DNA of 64,000 bases from an uncultured Verrucomicrobiae bacterium (GTDB lineage: Bacteria > Verrucomicrobiota > Verrucomicrobiia > Limisphaerales > UBA11358): positions 119,147 through 183,146 of the forward strand of contig CAWDPX010000015.1 of NCBI GenBank assembly GCA_963804345.1, in the 5' to 3' direction. The translations under genes and the position numbers were made by a program. Below, piece by piece: positions 28,800 through 38,022 of this stretch; positions within the stretch are counted from its first letter, which is position 1, and the number at the start of each line of letters is the position of its first letter. Under the pieces are notes generated by a model. The model worked only from the letters and a program-made list of their open reading frames with translations. It made no database searches and was not told where the DNA came from.

Positions 28800-29693
28800 A
28801 TGTTCGTTTTTCTCAATGGCCAGTTTGTGCCCGAAGCGCAGGCCCTCATTCCTGTCAACGACCGCGGTTTTTTATACGGAGACGGGCTGTTTGAGACCCT
28901 GCGAGTGTGCGGCGGGCGGCCGTTTCGCCTGGCGCAGCATCTGGAACGGATGACGCGGGGCGCGGATTTCCTGAAAATTAAATGCCCGTTCACGCCGAGG
29001 GAACTAGTCAATTTTGCGGAACAGCTCATCGAAAAAAATCGAATGCCCGAGGCGGTCCTGCGCGTGACGTTGACGCGTGGACCGGGCGAACGCGGGTACA
29101 CGCCACAGACTGACAGCCGGCCAACAGTCGTGATGACGTTGCACGCCGTATCTGGAGCGCCGGCCTCCAGCTCGGCTCGCTCCGATCCATCGCTACCTCA
29201 ACAAGTCGTGCCGGAGGCCGGCGCTCCAATCCAGTGGCGTCTCATCACATCATCCCATCGTATTCCGGCAGGCGATCCGCTGTCGTCGTTCAAGACGGCG
29301 AACAAGTTGGTTCACGTCATAGCGCGCATGGAAGCCGTGGAAAAGGACGCGGACGAAGCGTTGCTCGTCAATACGAACGGCGAAGTGGTGGAAACGGCCA
29401 GCGGCAATTTGTTTTGGATTGGCGGCGGGAATATTTGCACCGTGCCCACGAGTTGCGGCGCGCTGCCCGGCATCACACGCGCGGTCGTGCTGGAAATCTG
29501 CCAGTCGCTCGGCCTGCCGGTGAACGAACGTGTCATCAAACCGGAGGCGCTGGGAAAATCGGAAGGCATTTTCATCACCCAGAGCGTGCTCGGCATCGTG
29601 CCCGTGGCCGCGTTTGACGGCGAGCCGGTCGCGCGGTCGCCGCTGGTGGAGCAAATTTCGCGCGCCTATGGCGAAATGCTTGCGAAGCCATGA
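28800..29693 (+). CDS. pabC: Class IV aminotransferase-fold enzyme, probably aminodeoxychorismate lyase, with an in-frame hairpin-repeat insertion
   Basis: MFVFLNGQFVP..DRGFLYGDGLFETLRV..FRLAQHLERM..SFKTANKL..EALLVNTNGEVVETASGNLFWI..PGITR.. is the fold-type IV PLP pattern. The function is inferred from the pabB neighbourhood. Confidence 0.65.
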   Translation: MFVFLNGQFVPEAQALIPVNDRGFLYGDGLFETLRVCGGRPFRLAQHLERMTRGADFLKIKCPFTPRELVNFAEQLIEKNRMPEAVLRVTLTRGPGERGYTPQTDSRPTVVMTLHAVSGAPASSSARSDPSLPQQVVPEAGAPIQWRLITSSHRIPAGDPLSSFKTANKLVHVIARMEAVEKDADEALLVNTNGEVVETASGNLFWIGGGNICTVPTSCGALPGITRAVVLEICQSLGLPVNERVIKPEALGKSEGIFITQSVLGIVPVAAFDGEPVARSPLVEQISRAYGEMLAKP

Positions 29694-29799
29694 ATCTGCC
29701 GGCCGTGGTTAATTATTTGGATTAGTCATCATCAAATCGTTTTTGTGCCATTGAAACCGGTTGGGTCGGCAGTATTCTGAATTGGAAGCGGTGGCGATG

Positions 29800-29938
29800 A
29801 GCCTGGCGTGCCACGGAAAGGTATTTCAACACCGACGTCAACGACCCGCTGCTTTACCACATGATCATCAATACCGGCCTGGTCAGCTACGATGACGCCG
29901 CGAAATTGATCGGCGACGCGGTTCTGAACTTGCATTGA
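29800..29938 (+). pseudogene. C-terminal relic (about 45 codons) of a cytidylate-kinase-like (AAA_33-type) gene
   Basis: Own translation: AWRATERYFNTDVNDPLLYHMIINTGLVSYDDAAKLIGDAVLNLH*. There is no N-terminal part upstream; a stop codon lies immediately before it. Confidence 0.45.
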
Positions 29939-29969
29939 AGGCGACTTCGGTCTTGGGTCGCCGTCCGGC

Positions 29970-31055
29970 TTGTGGCTTAATCTCCGGGTGCGCCGCAATC
30001 CCGGATTTTCAAAATTGCATTCACGCCGCAAAAAGGGCGGCGGCTGGCGCTGGCTGTTGGCGCTGGCCGTGTTCGCGGCCGGGGCGTGGTTTTGGTGGCA
30101 TCACGAGCATCCAACCAAAGTCATCCGCCCGCCGGTAAAGGCCTTGGCGCCGCGCCTGCGGCCATTTGTCGTTGTCCCCGAAACGCCGGCCAGTTTTCCG
30201 CGTCCGGTGCGCGGCGTGTTTGAAGCGCAGGTGGCATTGGCACGCCGGGCGATTTCGCCGGGGTCAATTGACGCCGCGCTCGGCTCGCAAACGCGGGCGG
30301 CGATTTCTGTTTTTCAGGGGATTCAAAACCTGCCCGGGACCGGCATCCTGGACACGAACACCCGGGCGCGGCTTATGCTGGACGCGCCGCTGCTGACGAC
30401 TTACACGGTCACGACAAACGACCTGGCGCGGTTGCAGCCGCTCGGCAAAACCTGGCTCGCCAAGTCGCAGCAAACGGCGCTCGATTTCGAAACGGAACTC
30501 GAACTTGTCGCGGAAAAAAGCCATTCGCATCCCGAACTGATCCGGCGGCTCAATCTGGGCGCAAATTGGACCAACATTGCGGCTGGCACGGTTTTGAAAA
30601 TTCCCGCCGTGGAATATCCAACACCGGCGGACAAGGCGGCATTCGCGGTCATTCATCTGTCGGGGAAATTTCTGGAGGCGTTTGACGCGCAGACGAACCT
30701 GCTCGCCCATTTCCCGTGCAGCATCGCGGCGAATGTCGAGAAACGGCCGGTCGGCGAGCTGCACGTGGTCGTCGTTGCGCCAAACCCCAATTACACGGTG
30801 GATCCGGAGCTTTTCCCCGAGTCAGCCGAGTTGCAGGCCATCGGCCACAAATTGATTTTGCAGCCCGGTCCGAACAATCCGGTGGGCGTGGCGTGGATTG
30901 GCCTGGACAAGACCGGCTACGGTATTCACGGCACGCCCGCGCCGGAGCAGGTTGGGCGGACGGAATCGCACGGTTGCTTCCGGCTGGCAAACTGGGACGC
31001 GGAGTATTTGTCGCGATTGGTGTGGATGGGGATGCCAGTGCTGGTGGAGCCGTGA
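29970..31055 (+). CDS. L,D-transpeptidase (YkuD) with a peptidoglycan-binding domain
   Basis: PG_binding_1-like GSQTRAAISVFQGIQNLPGTGILDTNT. YkuD active site HGTPAPEQVGRTESHGCFRL. Confidence 0.8.
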   Translation: MWLNLRVRRNPGFSKLHSRRKKGGGWRWLLALAVFAAGAWFWWHHEHPTKVIRPPVKALAPRLRPFVVVPETPASFPRPVRGVFEAQVALARRAISPGSIDAALGSQTRAAISVFQGIQNLPGTGILDTNTRARLMLDAPLLTTYTVTTNDLARLQPLGKTWLAKSQQTALDFETELELVAEKSHSHPELIRRLNLGANWTNIAAGTVLKIPAVEYPTPADKAAFAVIHLSGKFLEAFDAQTNLLAHFPCSIAANVEKRPVGELHVVVVAPNPNYTVDPELFPESAELQAIGHKLILQPGPNNPVGVAWIGLDKTGYGIHGTPAPEQVGRTESHGCFRLANWDAEYLSRLVWMGMPVLVEP

Positions 31056-31304
31056 GTGACAGCTGATTCCAAAGGGTAGGGCAAAGCTGCCGCTTTGCCT
31101 TGATCACAAAGTCGGCTAACAGAGAGGTGTCAGCACTGACAAGCTAAAACATCGCTTCGCTCGTTTTACGACAATTTCGGCGTCGCGGCAGCGACGCCCT
31201 ACCACGGCGCTCCCAGGCAACCGATTCCAAAAAGACGGGCAAATTATCATTGCCCGGCAACGCGCTTTGCCTTAACAGTTATTTAAATTCAACAAAGGAA
31301 ATTT

Positions 31305-31913
31305 ATGGCTATTGGAATTGGACTGATTATTGCAATTGTTTTGCTGGTGGTGGTGCTGGGCCTGGCCGGTTTCGTCATCGGCGTTTACAACAAGCTCGTC
31401 ACGATGCGCAACCGCTACAAAAACGCCTATGCGCAAATTGACGTGCAGCTCAAGCGCCGCTACGACCTGATTCCGAACCTGGTCGAGATTGCCAAGGGCT
31501 ACATCAAGCATGAGCGCGAGACGCTGGAGAATGTCACCAAGGCGCGCAACATCGCCTACGTCGCCTCCCAGGCCGCCGCCGCCAATCCCGGCGACGCCAG
31601 TGCCATGAAAGGTCTCGTCTCCGCCGAAAGCGGCCTCGCCGGCACGTTGAGCCGCCTGATGATGGTTTCCGAGCAGTATCCCGACCTCAAGGCCAACCAG
31701 AACATGATGCAACTCACCGAGGAACTGACCTCCACGGAAAATAAAATTTCCTTTGCCCGGCAGGCTTACAACGACTCGGTCATGGTCTACAACACCGACC
31801 GCGAAGTGTTTCCGAGCAACCTCATCGCCGGCATGTTCAACTTCACTGCGGCGGAGCTGTTTGTCGTTGACAAGCCCGAGCAGAAGGACGCGCCCAAGGT
31901 TTCCTTTTCGTGA
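31305..31913 (+). CDS. lemA: LemA family protein
   Basis: N-terminal TM helix, then YNKLVTMRNRYKNAYAQIDVQLKRRYDLIPNLVE..E.ETL..VT.AR. Confidence 0.85.
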   Translation: MAIGIGLIIAIVLLVVVLGLAGFVIGVYNKLVTMRNRYKNAYAQIDVQLKRRYDLIPNLVEIAKGYIKHERETLENVTKARNIAYVASQAAAANPGDASAMKGLVSAESGLAGTLSRLMMVSEQYPDLKANQNMMQLTEELTSTENKISFARQAYNDSVMVYNTDREVFPSNLIAGMFNFTAAELFVVDKPEQKDAPKVSFS

Positions 31914-31931
31914 TCCGAGTTAGCAACTTGA

Positions 31932-32165
31932 TTGAAGTTGCAGGCGCGTTTCATGGACGACACACCGAAATACGATTGGTTTAAATTCGGAATACATTCT
32001 TTTTGCGGGGCAGTTTTGGGTGCTTTTATTGGGCTGCGCGCGTGGGGAAGATCTGGATATGCGTTTTCAAGTTCATGGATGCCCGGTGTTTGTTTTATTT
32101 GTGGTGGAGCCTTAATCGTGGGTTTAATCGCCGGAGCGATTTCCAATTCGGGGTGGGATGAGTAG
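31932..32165 (+). CDS. Small membrane protein (two predicted TM helices)
   Basis: 77-aa ORF lying between lemA and the M48 gene. The stop is 2 nt before the next start. Confidence 0.4.
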   Translation: MKLQARFMDDTPKYDWFKFGIHSFCGAVLGAFIGLRAWGRSGYAFSSSWMPGVCFICGGALIVGLIAGAISNSGWDE

Positions 32166-32167
32166 TT

Positions 32168-34138
32168 ATGGATTTCTTTGCCCAACAAGACAAGACCCGC
32201 CGTAAAACGAAGCTGCTCGTTTTCTACTTCATCCTCGCGGTGGCGGCCATTGTGGTTGCCTGCTACTTCGTTGGGCTGATCATTTTTGCCGCCGCCCAGT
32301 CACACCATTATCATTACGGCGAGCAGGCCCAGTTCGTCCTTTGGAATCCGCAGCTTTTCCTGGGCGTCACCGTCGGGGTGCTGGCCGTGATTTTCATCGG
32401 CAGCGCCTACAAAACCAATGAACTGGCCGGGGGCGGCGGCTCCGTGGCCACGTTGATGGGCGGACGGCTCGTGAATTCAAATACCACCGACCCGGACGAA
32501 CGCAAATTGCTCAACGTGGTCGAGGAAATGGCCATCGCTTCCGGTGTGCCCGTGCCGCAGGTTTATGTGCTTGATGAGGAACGCGCCATCAACGCGTTCG
32601 CCGCCGGGCATACGACCAGCGACGCTGCCATCGGCGTCACGCGCGGCTGCATCCAGATGCTTTCGCGCGACCAGTTGCAGGGCGTCATTGGACACGAATT
32701 CAGCCACATTTTGAACGGCGACATGCGGCTGAACCTCCGGCTCATCGGCATCATCTTCGGGTTGCTTTGCATCGCCACGATTGGCCGCGTCCTGTTGAGC
32801 GCGCGCAGCCGCAGCAGCCGTGACAATAATGCGTTGCCGCTTGTCGGTCTGGCCCTGGTGCTGCTCGGGGCCATCGGCGTGTTCTTTGGCCGGTTAATCC
32901 AAGCCGCCGTCAGCCGCCAGCGCGAATTTCTCGCCGATGCCTCGTCCGTGCAATTCACGCGCAATCCCGGCGGACTTTCCGGCGCGCTCCAGAAAATCGG
33001 CCAGTATGGTTACGGTTCACGCCTCGAATCCGAGCACGCCCCCGACATGTGCCACATGTTTTTCGGCAATGGTGTGGCCGAGCCATTCTTCGGCCTCCTG
33101 GCCACGCATCCGCCGATTCCTGATCGCGTCCGCGCCATTGATCCAACCTGGGACGGGAAATTTCCACCGCTGGACGAAAAGCAAATCGAAGTGGTCAAAC
33201 GCGCCGCCCTTTCCGAACTGGAACACACACCCAAGCCGATGCCGGATTTTTTCAAGACCGTGTTGGGCGGCGCCATTATTGCATCGGACAGCGCGCCCGT
33301 GCCGCCGGTTATCCGGTCGCATTCCGTCCTGCCGAATCTCGGCAATCCCACGCCGCTGCATTTGCAGTACGCCGAGAAATTGCGTGATTCGCTGCCCGAA
33401 AGCATCAAAGTCGCCGCGCGCGAACCGCTCGGTGCTGTGGCGCTGATTTACGCGATGCTGCTCAGCCCAGACGAAACGACGCGCACGACGCAACTCGCCG
33501 AACTGGCCAAACGCGTGGACCCAGCAATTCAGGGGAAAACCATCGCGTTGAATCCCGATGTTTCGGCCGCCGCCGCGCACGCGCATTTGCCGATCATCAA
33601 TCTTGCGCTGGGCGCGCTGCGGCAGTTGACCGCGGAGCAGTTCAATCAATTTTCACAGACGCTCCAATGGCTTATCGAAAGCGACGGCAAGATTGAGCTG
33701 TTTGAATTCGTGCTGCAAAAAATCGTTCTTCGCCATCTCACGCTACAATTCAGCGGGGCGCGTCCGCCGGTCGCCCAATATTACACCCTCAAGCCGCTCG
33801 TGCCGGATTGCGCCGTCGTGCTATCCGCGCTGGCCAACGTCGGCAGCAGCGATGCCGCCCAAATCGGAAAGGCCTTTGAAACCGGTGCTCCGTATCTGCG
33901 CGCGCCGGACAACGCCGATCTGGCGTTGCTGTCGGGCGAACAATGCGGCGTGGATCAGATTGACGCCGCGCTCAACCGTCTGGCGCTGGCCGTGCCGACC
34001 ATCAAGAAGAATTTGATCGAAGCCTGTGTTTACACGGTCGGTGCCGATGGCGTGATAACGGAAACCGAAGCCGAACTGCTCCGTGCCGTCGCCGACACGC
34101 TGGATTGCCCCATTCCCCCGTTTGTGCAGACGGCGTAA
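32168..34138 (+). CDS. M48-family (HtpX-like) zinc metalloprotease with a long C-terminal TerB-like region
   Basis: TM helices, HEFSHILNGDM zinc motif, ..EFLADASSVQFTRNP... C-terminal ..DGVITETEAELLRAVADTL.. resembles TerB/DjlA-N-type domains. Confidence 0.8.
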   Translation: MDFFAQQDKTRRKTKLLVFYFILAVAAIVVACYFVGLIIFAAAQSHHYHYGEQAQFVLWNPQLFLGVTVGVLAVIFIGSAYKTNELAGGGGSVATLMGGRLVNSNTTDPDERKLLNVVEEMAIASGVPVPQVYVLDEERAINAFAAGHTTSDAAIGVTRGCIQMLSRDQLQGVIGHEFSHILNGDMRLNLRLIGIIFGLLCIATIGRVLLSARSRSSRDNNALPLVGLALVLLGAIGVFFGRLIQAAVSRQREFLADASSVQFTRNPGGLSGALQKIGQYGYGSRLESEHAPDMCHMFFGNGVAEPFFGLLATHPPIPDRVRAIDPTWDGKFPPLDEKQIEVVKRAALSELEHTPKPMPDFFKTVLGGAIIASDSAPVPPVIRSHSVLPNLGNPTPLHLQYAEKLRDSLPESIKVAAREPLGAVALIYAMLLSPDETTRTTQLAELAKRVDPAIQGKTIALNPDVSAAAAHAHLPIINLALGALRQLTAEQFNQFSQTLQWLIESDGKIELFEFVLQKIVLRHLTLQFSGARPPVAQYYTLKPLVPDCAVVLSALANVGSSDAAQIGKAFETGAPYLRAPDNADLALLSGEQCGVDQIDAALNRLALAVPTIKKNLIEACVYTVGADGVITETEAELLRAVADTLDCPIPPFVQTA

Positions 34139-34197
34139 TACTTAAAATGGCAGCGCTGCAGCACGGCCCAAATCGAAGGCTGAGCGGCAGCTCAGCC

Positions 34198-35850
34198 CTA
34201 CCTGGCTGGCTCAACTTCCAGGACCACCACCGATTTCGCGGGCAACGTGGTGATAAATCCGTTGTCCGTCACCTTGAAGGCGTTGAATTCCGTTGGTTTC
34301 ACGTTGTCCGGCTGGTCGAAGGTGTTGTGCGCGGTCATTTCCGGCGCAGTCAGGATGCGGCCGGAAATTTTCTGCGCCCTGGCCCCCTGCAATTCGCAAG
34401 GGACCTCGACGGATTGATTGGGATTCAGATTGCACAGCGTGACGTGAATTTTACCGGCCTGGTCGCGCGAGGCTGAGGCGCTGACTGCCGGAATTGTTTT
34501 GTCGCCGAAGGCATAATCCACGCTTTGCAGTTCGCTGGGCAGCAGCGTGGCGTCGTGATGGACGGTGTCCATTTCAAACACCCAGTAACTCGGTGTGACC
34601 GTCATCTTTTCATTGTCAGTGAGGATCATCGCCTGGAGCACGTTGATCATCTGGGCGATGTTCGCCATCTTCACGCGGTCGGCGTGATTATTGAAAATGT
34701 TCAACGTGACGCCGGCCAGCAGCGCGTCGCGCAGCGTGTTTTGCTGGTAAAGGAAGCCGGGATTGGTCCCCGGCTCGACGTCGTACCACGCGCCCCATTC
34801 GTCCACAATCAGGCCGACTTTTTTCTGCGGATCGTATTGATCCATGATGGCGGAATGTTTGGTGACGAGTTCATCCATGACCAGCGCACGCCGGAGCGTG
34901 TTGAACCATTCCGCCTCGTCAAATTTGGTGGCGGAACCCTTGTGCGACCAGTTGCTGGTGGGCAGGGTGTAATAATGCAACGAATAGCCGTTCATCGCCT
35001 GTCCCCCATGTTTCAGTCCGTTCGCGTTCTGCTTCATCAACACTTCGGTCCAATGGTAATCGGACTCCAGCCCGCCGCTCGCGACGCGGTAGATGTTGTT
35101 GCCCGGGTAGTCTTTCACGAAGGTGTTGTAACGGCTGAAATTGTCGGCACAGAACTCCGCCGTCATGTTGCCGCCGCAACCCCAGCTTTCGTTGCCGACG
35201 GCGAAGTAGGGCACTTTCCACGGCTGTTCGCGGCCGTTTTGCCGGCGCAGGTTGGCCATGGGGGAGCTGGCCTCTGACGTCATGTATTCAACCCACTCCA
35301 TCATTTCCTGCACCGTGCCGCTGCCGACGTTGCCGCAGATGTAAGGGGCCGCCCCGATCTGGTCGCAGAAATCCATGAACTCGTGCGTCCCGAAATGATT
35401 ATTCTCCGTCACACCGCCCCAGGTCGTGTTGATCATGGCCGGACGGTTGGTGGGCGTGCCGATGCCGTCCATCCAGTGGTATTCATCGGCGAAACAGCCG
35501 CCCGGCCAGCGCACCACCGGCACCCGGATTTTCTTCAATGCGGCAACGACATCGTTGCGGATGCCGCGGGTGTTGGGAATGGGGCTGTCCTCGCCCACCC
35601 AGATGCCGCCATAAATGCAATGGCCGAGATGCTCGGAAAACTGGCCGTAAATGTTCCGGCTGATTTCCGCGCCCGGCTGGTCCGCGTGAATGACGAGCCG
35701 GTTGGTTTTCACGACGGCCGGAGGCGGCTCCGGGCTGATCGGTGGCTGTGGGCTTTGAGCAATCGGATGCTTGGGGCTGGCGCAACCCGCCAAAAGGCCG
35801 AGGCAAAAGACGCTGACAACAGGGATGACCAGAAATGGTTTCGCGTTCAT
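34198..35850 (-). CDS. abfA: GH51 alpha-L-arabinofuranosidase (lipoprotein)
   Basis: Lipobox [55 protein letters not shown]. Confidence 0.85.
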   Translation of the reverse strand: MNAKPFLVIPVVSVFCLGLLAGCASPKHPIAQSPQPPISPEPPPAVVKTNRLVIHADQPGAEISRNIYGQFSEHLGHCIYGGIWVGEDSPIPNTRGIRNDVVAALKKIRVPVVRWPGGCFADEYHWMDGIGTPTNRPAMINTTWGGVTENNHFGTHEFMDFCDQIGAAPYICGNVGSGTVQEMMEWVEYMTSEASSPMANLRRQNGREQPWKVPYFAVGNESWGCGGNMTAEFCADNFSRYNTFVKDYPGNNIYRVASGGLESDYHWTEVLMKQNANGLKHGGQAMNGYSLHYYTLPTSNWSHKGSATKFDEAEWFNTLRRALVMDELVTKHSAIMDQYDPQKKVGLIVDEWGAWYDVEPGTNPGFLYQQNTLRDALLAGVTLNIFNNHADRVKMANIAQMINVLQAMILTDNEKMTVTPSYWVFEMDTVHHDATLLPSELQSVDYAFGDKTIPAVSASASRDQAGKIHVTLCNLNPNQSVEVPCELQGARAQKISGRILTAPEMTAHNTFDQPDNVKPTEFNAFKVTDNGFITTLPAKSVVVLEVEPAR

Positions 35851-35899
35851 GGCGGTAATTCAAAACCAGATTGAGCCACGCGCAAGCATTCTTTTTAGC

Positions 35900-35986
35900 A
35901 AGGCAAACTTCGAGTGGATCGACGTCTTTTCCAACCGGGAGCGGTTCCACAGCGCACCCGGTTACAAATCCCCGGTAGTGTCCTAA
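35900..35986 (+). mobile_element. Relic of an IS3-family transposase C-terminus
   Basis: ..SKANFEWIDVFSNRERFHSAPGYKSPVVS* matches the conserved ..YIE.FYNR.R.HS.LGY.SP..F tail of DDE integrase-core transposases. No upstream part is present. Confidence 0.55.
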
Positions 35987-36338
35987 TTTGAAATTAAGAA
36001 CTTCACACTTTTGGGTTATTGGGCTTTGATTGAGGCATGAAAGAAAACATCAAATCGGCAATCTTGGGCATTTGTCTCATTATTGCTGTTTTCGTTTACG
36101 TGCGCGGCACACGCTACCAAGCTGTTGCAACTCAAAACGGCTTCGGTGGAATGGTTATCTATGACCGAATCACTGGTGAACGCAAGTGACCTGAACTTGA
36201 AGTCCGTTTCCCCAAATTTTCTCTATGCATTGCGGCATTCGTGCCCGCTGCCTTTTTGCCTCCCCGTTTTGCTAAACCAGCATTGAGCCGCTCTCGTAGC
36301 CTTTTCCATCTTGATTGATGTGACATATTGGTAATGCG

Positions 36339-36569
36339 TTAAATAAATTCGTCAAAGTCGCCCCTCTTGCGTTTTTTGGCTATTGCGCGCTGTTCCCGCT
36401 TGGTTTTCACATTCCCCAATCCCGGTAGAAGTTCTATTGCCCGGTTGGCGGCTTTTACGGCATCTTGTTCTTCAACAGCCGATTTGTAAAATGGGTCTGA
36501 TTCAACCATTTTTCGGTCATACGGTGAAAAACTCTTAAAGAACTGATTCATTTCCTCATCGAAATTCAT
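36339..36569 (-). CDS. Small hypothetical protein
   Basis: 76-aa ORF in an AT-rich patch. No motif recognised. Confidence 0.35.
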   Translation of the reverse strand: MNFDEEMNQFFKSFSPYDRKMVESDPFYKSAVEEQDAVKAANRAIELLPGLGNVKTKREQRAIAKKRKRGDFDEFI

Positions 36570-36654
36570 TTTTTTGTCCTCACATCATTGACGATTTGAG
36601 TACGCACGGCAGTTAAATCAAGCCACGAGTTCTGATTGTTACAGAGAATTGGCC

Positions 36655-37929
36655 TTACTCAAAACGCGCGGGTTGTCCGGTGGTGGCCAGCACTGCGTGC
36701 CAGATGGAGTCGTTGGGATCCACACGTTTTACCTGTTTGGCCAGCATTTCAATGGGCACATGGATGAACCGGTCGTGCAGCAACCCAATCACCAAGCCGG
36801 TCTTGCCCGCCATCGCGGCATGCACGGCATGACGGGCATATTGGTCGCACAGAATCGCGTCTTCCGCATCGGCGGGCACGCTCCGGATGATATAGCTCGG
36901 TTCCAGGTAACGCATCACCACGGGAATTTTTTCCGCCCGGAAGTAAGATTCGATCTTTTCACGGAGGAACGGGCCGATGTCCCTGAGTTTGATGTTTCCC
37001 GAAGCGTCACGTTCCCCGCCTTTGTTTTCCAGCAGGTCCTGTCCGGTGCCTTCGGCCACCACGATGACTGCGTGCGCCCGTTTCAACGTGCGTTTCTTCA
37101 GTGCGTTGAGGAACCCGCCTTCGCCTTCCAGCTTGAACGGAATTTCCGGGATCAGACAAAAGTTCACCTCCTGGCTGGACACCGTGGCTTCCGCGGCGAT
37201 GAACCCGGCGTGCCGCCCCATCAATTTTACCAGGGCGATGCCGTTCTGAACGCTGTGAACCTCCGTGTGGGCGCAGGTAATGACCCGGGTGGCTTCCTGC
37301 ACCGCAGTCTGGTAGCCAAAAGTGCGCGAAACATAAGGCACATCGTTGTCAACGGTCTTCGGAACACCCACGACCGCCAGCGCGTGACCGCGCTTTTGTG
37401 CCTCCTGAAAAAGCTTGTAACCCCCGTGTTGTGTGCCGTCACCACCGACGACGAACAGGATGTTCACATCGCGTTTAATGAGATTCTCCACCGCCCGGCT
37501 GATGTCCACCGGACCGCGCGACGTGCCGAGTACCGTGCCGCCTTCCTTGTGGATGTCGTCCACGAGGTCAGCGTTGAGCACGATTGGCTCCAGTTCGCTC
37601 GCCGGATCAAGTCCGTGGTAACCGTCGCGGAAGCCCAGCACTTGCTTCACGCCGTAGGTATGGTGCAGTTCCAGGAAGGCGGAGCGGATGACGGTATTCA
37701 TGCCGGGGCAAAGTCCGCCGCAGGTTACAATGCCGGCACGAGTGGCTTTGGGATCAAAGAAAAGTTTTTCGCGCGGGCCAGCCATCTCAAAAAGGAGTTC
37801 CTCCGATGGCGTGACGCCCGGCGTCCGCACAATTTGCAACGGTATGTGTGCCTCGTCACTGACCGAGTGTCGAATCGGCGACGCGAAGCGGGCCGGGCCG
37901 AGCAAGGTGATGTTCGTTGAGCTATTCAC
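36655..37929 (-). CDS. pfk: 6-phosphofructokinase (PfkA family, long ATP/PPi type)
   Basis: AGIVTCGGLCPGMNTVIR, FVVGGDGTQHGG, GVPKTVDNDV, MGRHAGFIA. Proposed GTG start at 37929, because the 25 codons upstream in the tracked ORF lie over the pheT-tail relic. Confidence 0.85.
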   Translation of the reverse strand: MNSSTNITLLGPARFASPIRHSVSDEAHIPLQIVRTPGVTPSEELLFEMAGPREKLFFDPKATRAGIVTCGGLCPGMNTVIRSAFLELHHTYGVKQVLGFRDGYHGLDPASELEPIVLNADLVDDIHKEGGTVLGTSRGPVDISRAVENLIKRDVNILFVVGGDGTQHGGYKLFQEAQKRGHALAVVGVPKTVDNDVPYVSRTFGYQTAVQEATRVITCAHTEVHSVQNGIALVKLMGRHAGFIAAEATVSSQEVNFCLIPEIPFKLEGEGGFLNALKKRTLKRAHAVIVVAEGTGQDLLENKGGERDASGNIKLRDIGPFLREKIESYFRAEKIPVVMRYLEPSYIIRSVPADAEDAILCDQYARHAVHAAMAGKTGLVIGLLHDRFIHVPIEMLAKQVKRVDPNDSIWHAVLATTGQPARFE

Positions 37930-37990
37930 GCACCGTTGCCTGTAATTGCGACTTGAACGCCTCCACAATTTTCGTGTGCAGCGTTGCCTG
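37922..37990 (-). repeat. Relic copy of the pheT 3' end including its stop codon
   Basis: The reverse strand reads ..TLHTKIVEAFKSQLQATVRE*, against the real pheT end ..AAHTKIVEAFKAQLKATVRE* (41271-41330). 48/60 nt are identical by hand alignment. Confidence 0.75.
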
Positions 37991-38022
37991 TTGTCCACAA
38001 CCAAATCTTGACGGCAGAACTT

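Noticed and set aside
37930-38004. The N-terminal 25 codons of the tracked pfk ORF (MVVDNRQRCTRKLWRRSSRNYRQRC).
   Set aside because: This stretch is the pheT-tail relic read in another frame. The in-frame GTG at 37929 gives a normal PFK N-terminus.
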